From an uncultured Clostridia bacterium (lineage in GTDB: Bacteria; Bacillota; Clostridia; Oscillospirales; Ruminococcaceae): 64,000 nt of DNA. Both the position numbers and the translations under genes were made by a program. Position 1 is the stretch's first letter. Every line of letters starts with the position of its first letter. Positions 10,240 through 17,224 of the stretch are shown in pieces. The stretch covers positions 956 through 64,955 of the forward strand of contig CANQZR010000001.1 of the NCBI GenBank assembly GCA_947628405.1, read 5' to 3'. The notes beneath the pieces were generated by a model. The model did no database searches and was not told where the DNA came from. It worked only from the letters and a program-made list of their open reading frames with translations.

Positions 10240-11351
10240 GAACTGTCACCGTTCTTTTCTTCGTTCATTTGCTTGATCCTGATTTTTAACTGGCGTATTT
10301 CTTCTGCCTGTTTATCTGTTTTGTCCTGTAGTTCAGTTACCATTTCGGTCTGGTCAGCAAGCATTTTCGCATACTCATCTGTGGTAAAATTAAGCTCTTC
10401 AATAAGCGCCTTTGTACTCTGCCGGGCAACATCAAGATAGGATTCAGAAAGTTTGGCATTTACAATATTTACCTTTGTTTCTTCAAAGCCGTGTTCCTGC
10501 ATTTCTTTCATAATATTTGTAAGAGTGTTTGAACCTTTTGAAGATTTTCCGCTGGATTTCGCCGAAATACCATTGTCGTTGGCAATCGTGTTGATACTTC
10601 TCATAAGTTTATCCTTGGAAGCCGTCAGTTTATCAATAACGCCATAGTCAATATATACTTTTTTCAGTTCGGAATTTATCATTGAATCCACTTTGTTGAC
10701 CTGCCACATAGTCTTTACCATTCGCACAACTACTTGAAGTTTATGCTGATCTTCAAGGACATCATCGGTCAGGTAATCCGCAAGCATATTAAAAAGCATT
10801 TTTCTGTCATTGTTGTTGTATTCTTCATCATCGAAACAGTCATATCCGAGAGAAGATATAACATACTGCTGATTTTTCCGGTCGGCAGCGCTCCAGTTCT
10901 TTTCAATGTCACTGCGGACTTCACTATGCGATTTTTCGCCGTTTTCAAGAAGTTCAAAGATATAGTTGTTGAAATTTTTCGATTTGAACTGACGTACATT
11001 CAAAGTACGCATATATGTTCCCAAGGAAAATTCCGGACTTTCTTTCAGCTGTTCATACAGAGTTTCACTGAAATACATATCCAGATAGTGGCATATAATT
11101 ATTAATGCGCGCCGGCAATCGCCGAACCGCGCCTTGTATTCCTCGTAAAGCTGGTTGACACAACTCATACATATGTGAGAATATCCCATATTTCCCGTAA
11201 ACAGCGGACTTGCAGCCGACGCATAGAATTTTCTCTGCGGTATCTGAAATATTTCTCCGCAGCGCGTACACTTGTAAAGTACATCATCATTGTTATCAGG
11301 AATAATTTTTGTAGTCAGTGTGTCATTTTTTGATTTCGCAGGTCTCCCCAT
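10236..11351 (-). CDS. candidate terminase small subunit / DNA-recognition protein with N-terminal zinc ribbon
   Basis: 4-nt overlap with terL. Has CTRCG...CMSC cysteine pairs and a C-terminal coiled coil. The functional call rests on position only. Confidence 0.35.
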   Translation of the reverse strand: MGRPAKSKNDTLTTKIIPDNNDDVLYKCTRCGEIFQIPQRKFYASAASPLFTGNMGYSHICMSCVNQLYEEYKARFGDCRRALIIICHYLDMYFSETLYEQLKESPEFSLGTYMRTLNVRQFKSKNFNNYIFELLENGEKSHSEVRSDIEKNWSAADRKNQQYVISSLGYDCFDDEEYNNNDRKMLFNMLADYLTDDVLEDQHKLQVVVRMVKTMWQVNKVDSMINSELKKVYIDYGVIDKLTASKDKLMRSINTIANDNGISAKSSGKSSKGSNTLTNIMKEMQEHGFEETKVNIVNAKLSESYLDVARQSTKALIEELNFTTDEYAKMLADQTEMVTELQDKTDKQAEEIRQLKIRIKQMNEEKNGDSS

Positions 11352-11518
11352 ATTATCACCTCGTTTTCCCGACGGCGGAGAAAACCTGCAATTGTCTGTT
11401 TATAAACCAACCGCCGAATTTGTTACATAAGTGTGATTTTTGTTTTTTACGGGGCTTCAAAAATCATAAACCATACCCAAGAGTATATAAATACAGTTAG
11501 TAAATAATATTTAACTGC

Positions 11519-11965
11519 TTACACCAGTTTTGTTACATCATAAACTATCAGATCACACTTGCACAAATAGTGTTCAATAACCTTTTGCAAATCCTCAAAA
11601 TGTTTTTGTTTGATGTTATTTGATATAAAGAGATCCGGTTCGTCCCAAGGAATCCATTTTGTTTTTTCTTTAGCAGTCGGGAATACATTGATACCCCAAT
11701 AACAATCCTTTTTGTAAAGATAAAAACAATATACACGATCAACATCATCAGCTGTTGTAAATTCAATTTCACAAGGCTTAAAACGATAAGTGTTGATAAA
11801 CTCCATAAGATATCTCTGCACTTCACTGCCGGTAAGAATAAACTTCCATTTATCGGCGTCGCCGTTATTGAACTCGTTTATAACATCATGCACTACCTCT
11901 TCAAGAGTATCATAATGAATTTCGATATAATCTTCCAAATTACTTCGTCCTTTCGTTTTCTTCAA
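11519..11965 (-). CDS. hypothetical protein
   Basis: 148-aa ORF with TTG start. An alternative TTG at 11938 follows AAAGGA. No family recognised. Confidence 0.4.
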   Translation of the reverse strand: MKKTKGRSNLEDYIEIHYDTLEEVVHDVINEFNNGDADKWKFILTGSEVQRYLMEFINTYRFKPCEIEFTTADDVDRVYCFYLYKKDCYWGINVFPTAKEKTKWIPWDEPDLFISNNIKQKHFEDLQKVIEHYLCKCDLIVYDVTKLV

Positions 11966-12254
11966 TATATTTGAATCCCGGCATTACCTTTGCTTTTACA
12001 AGACGTTTTGCCGGTATTTTTATGGGTTTGCCGTTGCGAGGATCAAAACCATCTCTGGCAGGCATAGATTCCAGATAAACATTGAGAAATCCACGCATTT
12101 CCACACTTCCGGATTCAAGCACGGCATTTTTAAACGTTTCAATAAACGTTTCAATAGCTTTTTGAGCCTCGGCTTTTGATGTGTTGTTCCGGATCTTCCA
12201 GAACTCTGTAAAATCAGCTAATTTCAGTTTTATCACTCCATTTACTTTATTCAC
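11940..12254 (-). CDS. HU/IHF-family DNA-binding protein
   Basis: 104 aa. Layout is typical of HU: KAEAQKAIETFIETFKNAVLESGSVEMRGFLNVY...RNGKPIKIPAKRLVKAK. Confidence 0.7.
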   Translation of the reverse strand: MNKVNGVIKLKLADFTEFWKIRNNTSKAEAQKAIETFIETFKNAVLESGSVEMRGFLNVYLESMPARDGFDPRNGKPIKIPAKRLVKAKVMPGFKYIEENERTK

Positions 12255-13473
12255 TGAATTTTATAGGATATTTACATTTTATACCATAATCCTTCTGAAT
12301 TATTATCAACAATGCTCCTGCATGGGCTACTTTGTTTAGCGATAAAGCGTAATTATCAATACCCATAATACTGGGAACTCTTATTGCTTCCCGGTTGATA
12401 CCTACTACTTCTGATGTTTCGTGGTGAAGATGACCGCCGATAAGATAATCTATCCGTTTTCCATATATTCCGGAAAGATTTTCAAGCTCCGACGCCATAC
12501 TTTTTGTTTCACCATGAATACCGACAAACGTATAGCCAAGTATTTCAGAATATATCATTCCGGTGGGATTTTCAACATATGTAAAATTAGGATTATCCTC
12601 AAGACAAACTGAAACCATAGTCCTTACAATGATATCGGCATTATCATTATCAAAAGTCCCTTTCGGCTGACCGAGATAGCGTGGTTCAGTATGATTTCCA
12701 CTAACCGTTTGGAACTCAATTTTGACCGATTTTGAAAGTTCATTGAGCCATACGGTAATGAATTTTGCATAACGTGTACTGCCCTCAATAAGACCGTACC
12801 GCAGCCGGAATAACTGCTTTACTCTCAGTATCCCGTCGGAAAAGTCGCCCATAGAAAATACATACAGCTTTTGTAGGTTTTCTTTCCGTACTATTTCCAA
12901 CGTCTGTTCGTAAAGTTCCCACATTCTTTTTTCAAAAATTTCCGGGCTGTAGCTGTTTATTACTTCGCCCATAAGCCCTTTTATTTCAAATATTGTGCCG
13001 TAATGTTCATCACCGAACATCAGCACACCGACCTTATCGGCAGACGGCGCAGCTTCCGGCAAGGGTAGAGGAGCTTCCACAACAAAATTCTCACGCACAG
13101 CATTTGCGATCTTGTCCGCTATCATTTTGTCACGACCGAGTTCCCTAAGCCACCGGTTATATTCGAGTTTTTCAGTCTGTATCTGTTTAAGTAACTCTTC
13201 TTTTTCCCAACGCTCGCGCCTTATTTCATCAAGCTGTTTTTCGTCGGACACAAACTTTGCCTGATTTGCGGAAAGAAGCCTCTGAAACCCCTGCCATTGT
13301 TTGCGGTAACGGCTTTCGGTGTACTTATATCCCAATAAATTATTGAGAATATCCGCAACGTCGTTCCACGTTCCTATGGCTTCTTTGTCGGAACAAACAC
13401 GGTATATCAGCTCTTCTTCCGTTTCTCCTTCAAATCTTTTGTATTCACGCATAGCCGGTCGTCCGATCAACAT
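12247..13473 (-). CDS. calcineurin-like metallophosphoesterase with N-terminal extension
   Basis: Motifs GDEHYG, MGDFSDG, SGNHTE, GIHGE and GGHLHHE in canonical order. Confidence 0.75.
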   Translation of the reverse strand: MLIGRPAMREYKRFEGETEEELIYRVCSDKEAIGTWNDVADILNNLLGYKYTESRYRKQWQGFQRLLSANQAKFVSDEKQLDEIRRERWEKEELLKQIQTEKLEYNRWLRELGRDKMIADKIANAVRENFVVEAPLPLPEAAPSADKVGVLMFGDEHYGTIFEIKGLMGEVINSYSPEIFEKRMWELYEQTLEIVRKENLQKLYVFSMGDFSDGILRVKQLFRLRYGLIEGSTRYAKFITVWLNELSKSVKIEFQTVSGNHTEPRYLGQPKGTFDNDNADIIVRTMVSVCLEDNPNFTYVENPTGMIYSEILGYTFVGIHGETKSMASELENLSGIYGKRIDYLIGGHLHHETSEVVGINREAIRVPSIMGIDNYALSLNKVAHAGALLIIIQKDYGIKCKYPIKFSE

Positions 13474-13507
13474 AACTTTTTTTAATCACAAAATACATTC
13501 CTTTCTT

Positions 13508-13717
13508 TTATATTTTGGTTTGCTTTGAAACGACCGGATATTCTTCTGTAACACGAAAACGTCCTTGAAAATCTTCGACTGCTTTCAGGACCTTTGCTGT
13601 CTCCTCTGCATAATACTTGCCTTGTTTACCGCCGTGGCGTATCATAGTCTTGTAAATACAAGCGCCGGGGACGACAGAACGTACATATTCCGCTGTTTCT
13701 TTGGTTATCAGGATCAA
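13508..13717 (-). CDS. hypothetical protein (69 aa)
   Basis: First ORF after the two minus-strand terminators. No family recognised. Confidence 0.4.
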   Translation of the reverse strand: MILITKETAEYVRSVVPGACIYKTMIRHGGKQGKYYAEETAKVLKAVEDFQGRFRVTEEYPVVSKQTKI

Positions 13718-13751
13718 ATAAACTACTCCTCATAAATATTATTTTTGCTTT

Positions 13752-13783
13752 TGCAAATAAAAAAGACCGCCATAAAGGCAGTC
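13752..13783 (-). terminator. rho-independent terminator (minus strand)
   Basis: Minus-strand RNA AGACUGCC-UUUAU-GGCGGUCU followed by UUUUUUAUUU. Confidence 0.55.
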
Positions 13784-13788
13784 TGAAT

Positions 13789-13853
13789 TACCGAACATAA
13801 AAACCGAACGTAAAAACCGAACACAAAATACGAACATAAAAACCGAATACAAA
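13789..13853. repeat. five tandem 13-bp repeats (ACCGAACATAAAA-like)
   Basis: Units at 13789, 13802, 13815, 13828 and 13841 with exact 13-bp period. Flanked by the 7-bp inverted repeat CTGAATT/AATTCAG. Confidence 0.8.
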
Positions 13854-13891
13854 TTCAGTCTCATATATAGTATCTCATATTCATCAATTTC

Positions 13892-13927
13892 CAAAAAAAG
13901 CAGCCCACTGTAAAAGCGGACTGCTTT
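13892..13927. terminator. stem-loop terminator (A-run / T-run on both sides)
   Basis: AAGCAGCC...GGACTGCTT stem, preceded by AAAAAAA and followed by TGTGTTTATTTT. On the minus strand it ends the 14.1-15.5 kb cassette. Confidence 0.5.
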
Positions 13928-14105
13928 GTGTTTATTTTCTCCAGTTACGATACTTGTTTGCCATATAATTAGGGTCATGGTTATTTGCCTTGTGTGATAC
14001 GTCCGCCTCGCTCAGAAATCCTATCAGAAGAAAAATCGCCAGTGTTATTAATGAACCCATATGACCGCCTCCTGTATATTTTATTTAATTATAGAATAAA
14101 AACTG

Positions 14106-14537
14106 TTATTTGTCAATATCCTGTACTGGATCTTGTTCGATTTCCTGTGCTCCCGTATTCTGTTTTTTGTACATTTCGTAAAGAATTTTCAGAATGGCAA
14201 TAGTGTGATTAGTGGGGATCTTTCGCATTATAACCGCCATCATATGGAAGTGAGCTGCAAATAGCAGTATTGATATTCCACCTATTACCCCTATCCAAGC
14301 ATCACTATCGCCGTCTGATACGAATAAACCACCTATTAGAATTATTATTCCGCCAATAATAAGCAAAAGCACAGCAACTCCCATATAGAATGCATCGCTG
14401 TCACGTTTTTCACTTTCAATGTCTTTCCAAGTTACAAGATCATCTCCGATAGATCCATGTGGTTTTACATCTGGGGTTTCGTTTTCGGTATTTAGTGGCA
14501 TATGTACATCTCCTTTAAAGTTATTATCAAAGTCCAT
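14106..14537 (-). CDS. membrane protein (two predicted TM segments)
   Basis: Hydrophobic stretches YMGVAVLLLIIGGIIILIGGLFV and WIGVIGGISILLFAAHFHMMAVI. The start MDFDNNF overlaps the lipoprotein stop. Confidence 0.5.
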   Translation of the reverse strand: MDFDNNFKGDVHMPLNTENETPDVKPHGSIGDDLVTWKDIESEKRDSDAFYMGVAVLLLIIGGIIILIGGLFVSDGDSDAWIGVIGGISILLFAAHFHMMAVIMRKIPTNHTIAILKILYEMYKKQNTGAQEIEQDPVQDIDK

Positions 14538-15297
14538 CTGTATTCGTCGGGGGAATAAAAGATTTACATTCAAATTCAAGCCAAAGATTCAATTTATAAT
14601 CATAATCAAGAAGCATAAGTGTTATATTTGTATCTGTGTAGTCCCAAGATGCAGCATAAGCTATGTATCCTAATTTCAATGCTTGATTATCATCACTGCA
14701 ATATTCAGCCAAATGATCTAATGTTCTTTTAGAATTATCTGTGGGTTCACCATATTTTGCAGTAACAGATTCAACGATTGCATCATATGCTGCGTGTGCT
14801 GTAAAAGCATCATTTGTACAATTAATAGAATAAAATGCTTTGTAAAGTCCAAAATCTGGATCTAAACTGTATAGTAAAACAGCATCATGATTCGCCAAAG
14901 ATGTTTTATAAGTTAATGCGTTGTCATCTTCATCACCTATTTCATCTGTTTCAACAGATTTTAAAATTTCTTTAGTATCACCCCAACAAACATTTCTCAA
15001 AATAGTGTTTCTATCCGGAGATACTAATGTTGCCGCTGTTGTATTTGATGTTTCTGCATCAGTAATCTCGGAAGTTTCATTTGGTGTAGTTATTTCGGTA
15101 ACTGTAGTTATATCAGTAACAGGGTCTATAGCTCCATTTTCTTTATTACCTTTAGATAAAGAAGTTTCAGACAAAATTGTCTCTGATTCAGCACTTAAAT
15201 CTTCTTTAGTCGTTTCAACCTGTTCACTACTGTTTTGACACCCGCACAACAACATTAATGAAACGCCGGCAATGGCTATAATTTTATTAATATTCAT
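14527..15297 (-). CDS. lipoprotein (signal peptide with lipobox)
   Basis: MNINKIIAIAGVSLMLLCGCQNSS has a lipobox Cys, followed by a Thr/Ser/Glu-rich linker. Confidence 0.65.
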   Translation of the reverse strand: MNINKIIAIAGVSLMLLCGCQNSSEQVETTKEDLSAESETILSETSLSKGNKENGAIDPVTDITTVTEITTPNETSEITDAETSNTTAATLVSPDRNTILRNVCWGDTKEILKSVETDEIGDEDDNALTYKTSLANHDAVLLYSLDPDFGLYKAFYSINCTNDAFTAHAAYDAIVESVTAKYGEPTDNSKRTLDHLAEYCSDDNQALKLGYIAYAASWDYTDTNITLMLLDYDYKLNLWLEFECKSFIPPTNTDGL

Positions 15298-15490
15298 GCT
15301 GAAAACCACACTTTCCACAACACCAACATTCTGTTTTCTTTCCCAATGCTCCGCCTACAAGTCCGACAGGACCAAAAATAACTGCTCCGACTGCGGCTTT
15401 TCCAACACTGAAACCTTTATTCGATTCATCGACTTTTTTCCATGTAATTGAATTTCCGCACATCGGACACTTGCTTGGTGCTTTTCCCAT
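15287..15490 (-). CDS. zinc-ribbon protein with Gly-zipper membrane segment
   Basis: RBS AAAGGAGAGG lies 5 nt before the ATG (MGKAPSKCPMCGNS...CCGKCGF). Central AAVGAVIFGPVGLVGGALG. Confidence 0.5.
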   Translation of the reverse strand: MGKAPSKCPMCGNSITWKKVDESNKGFSVGKAAVGAVIFGPVGLVGGALGKKTECWCCGKCGFQHEY

Positions 15491-15573
15491 ACCAACCTCT
15501 CCTTTTAACATAATTTCCATCTTTTGACTGTAATATTTTGTTACATTCGCCAAATTTTATTGGCGTTATTTAT

Positions 15574-15582
15574 ATTATATCA
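15574..15582 (-). promoter_or_regulatory. extended -10 element (TGATATAAT) for the membrane/lipoprotein cassette
   Basis: The minus strand reads TGATATAAT. The (TA)11 tract begins 6 nt upstream of it. Confidence 0.45.
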
Positions 15583-15587
15583 CCAAT

Positions 15588-15609
15588 TATATATATATAT
15601 ATATATATA
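15588..15609. repeat. (TA)11 dinucleotide microsatellite
   Basis: Direct count of 11 TA units. Confidence 0.95.
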
Positions 15610-15640
15610 GCTTGTTAATATTCTGTAAACAATACAAAGA

Positions 15641-15663
15641 AAGCCCCGCACATTGGCGGGGCT
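15641..15663 (-). terminator. rho-independent terminator after the zeta-like gene
   Basis: AAGCCCCGC / GCGGGGCTT 9-bp stem, followed on the minus strand by TCTTTGTATTG. Confidence 0.6.
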
Positions 15664-15674
15664 TGTGTATATCA

Positions 15675-16250
15675 TCAATATTTGTAAGAAGATATATCCA
15701 ACATCTCTTTTAATTTTTTCACCCAATCGGGAATATCGGCGGTCTTTACAATAAGAGTTCCGTTCTTGTATTCAGCCGATTCAGAGAATCCGTTTTCATT
15801 ATCAAAAAAATGCGCCTCGTTGCAATAAGGAAGTATCATCATAAGATCATCAAATCTTTTTGCAAACCTGCGTCTGACATCATCGTCCGGTATATCATGA
15901 CCGCCTTTTGCCACACGGTTTTTTATGCGTCTTATACTTTCTTCGGCGGAATCTACTCCGACATAATAAAGCCGTATATAATAATCTGAAGAAACCGCTC
16001 TTTTCACCGTTTTAAGGACTCGTACACCGGACAATGTGGTTTCCTGTGTAAAACTAATACCCATATCAAGACACTTTTCGATCTGCCGTATAGCGGCTTT
16101 ACCGCCTTCGATCTTATCGCCGCCCATATCGGCGGTTATTTTGTCCGTGTTTATCAATACGCCCAGATCGTTATTTTCTGCGGACAAAACACCGGACAAA
16201 CTGCTTTTGCCCACACCGTTCACTCCGCCTATAATTGTGTATATCTTCAT
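15675..16250 (-). CDS. zeta-toxin-like P-loop kinase (COG4185-type)
   Basis: 191 aa. Walker A IIGGVNGVGKSS, with size and layout typical of the zeta/AAA-kinase family. Confidence 0.65.
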   Translation of the reverse strand: MKIYTIIGGVNGVGKSSLSGVLSAENNDLGVLINTDKITADMGGDKIEGGKAAIRQIEKCLDMGISFTQETTLSGVRVLKTVKRAVSSDYYIRLYYVGVDSAEESIRRIKNRVAKGGHDIPDDDVRRRFAKRFDDLMMILPYCNEAHFFDNENGFSESAEYKNGTLIVKTADIPDWVKKLKEMLDISSYKY

Positions 16251-16299
16251 ACCGATGACCTCGTTTGCTTATATGATCCATTAAAACGACCAAATTCTG

Positions 16300-16497
16300 T
16301 TAGTTCCAGTCAATATCATCTTCCGAGTATGTTTCTCCGTCAGCAAATTCCTGTATCGATCGTTTCAGAACGGCATATTCTTCCGATGTGAGTTTAGTAA
16401 AATCCGGATCCCATGCCAATACCACGCGTTTTATCATTTCATCAATAAGCTGCTGTTCCGCATTCTTTTTCGCTGTTTTGGAAAATATGATCTGCAA
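16300..16497 (-). CDS. small protein upstream of the zeta-like kinase (putative antitoxin)
   Basis: RBS GAAAGGAG lies 8 nt before the TTG start. 65 aa, acidic C-terminus. Assigned by position only. Confidence 0.4.
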   Translation of the reverse strand: MQIIFSKTAKKNAEQQLIDEMIKRVVLAWDPDFTKLTSEEYAVLKRSIQEFADGETYSEDDIDWN

Positions 16498-16532
16498 GAT
16501 ACCAACTCCTTTCAAGAATAGTTGTTACTTGT

Positions 16533-16561
16533 ATTATACCACAATCAATAAGATCAATCAA
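16533..16561 (-). promoter_or_regulatory. promoter of the zeta-like pair
   Basis: Minus strand: TTGATT, 17 nt, TATAAT. Confidence 0.45.
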
Positions 16562-16597
16562 GACTTTATCACAAATTTAATGATTTTAAAGAAATTT

Positions 16598-17224
16598 TCA
16601 CACTCCCTGCCCGAATATATCCCCATATAGTTCATCAATATCATTATCCTTGAGAACAAATTCTCCCTTGTTTTCAATAGGAACAAGTATTTTAAGAACA
16701 AGAGTCTTTGACCGTATCTTGTTGTCCCAAGAATACAGAGTTTTCCGTTGAATTTTTTCAACATATGAGAAATCACAAAGCTCCTCGAAGCATTTTGTGC
16801 TTGTAGTGCTTTTGCTTATTTTCAGCCAGTCGGATAAAGCTGTAAGGGATATTGAGAACTCTCCGTCACTGTCAGCAGCGACTTTTGCATAACAAAGCAC
16901 CGCAAGAGCCGTCCGGCGCACCGTAGAATTATCAAATCTTCTGATTATCTCTTCAACATCTTCTTTGCTTACCCGTACAGTAGTTTCATCTCCCCGAAGC
17001 CTGTGTTTGTCATTCATTACACGGGTAATTATTCTGTTAAGGTTGCAATCTATGTTAATGTGGTATTTTTTACCCCACTCAAATATTGTTTCTCTTATCC
17101 GGATATGTGATAAACCTTGCTGCTTGTACCATTTTGCAAGCATAAAGCATATCCTGTAAATGCTTTTTTCATTTATATTCTGTCCGTCAAGGTACTGTCT
17201 GACTTCCGAAACTTCATTGACCAT
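16598..17224 (-). CDS. hypothetical winged-helix-like DNA-binding protein, translationally coupled to the RNAP gene
   Basis: 11-nt overlap with the RNAP ORF. The segment ISLTALSDWLKISKSTTSTKCFEELCDFSYVEKI looks HTH-like. Confidence 0.35.
   Translation of the reverse strand: MVNEVSEVRQYLDGQNINEKSIYRICFMLAKWYKQQGLSHIRIRETIFEWGKKYHINIDCNLNRIITRVMNDKHRLRGDETTVRVSKEDVEEIIRRFDNSTVRRTALAVLCYAKVAADSDGEFSISLTALSDWLKISKSTTSTKCFEELCDFSYVEKIQRKTLYSWDNKIRSKTLVLKILVPIENKGEFVLKDNDIDELYGDIFGQGV

Noticed and set aside
13789-13853. Possible CRISPR array (also considered for 39275-39355).
   Set aside because: Repeats of 10-13 bp with no or irregular spacers. There are no 25-40 bp repeat/spacer units and no cas genes.
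13739-13978. 79-aa minus-strand ORF.
   Set aside because: Its sequence (SVFMFVFCVRFLRSVFMFGN) is the translation of the 13-bp tandem repeats and two terminator hairpins. It has no RBS.
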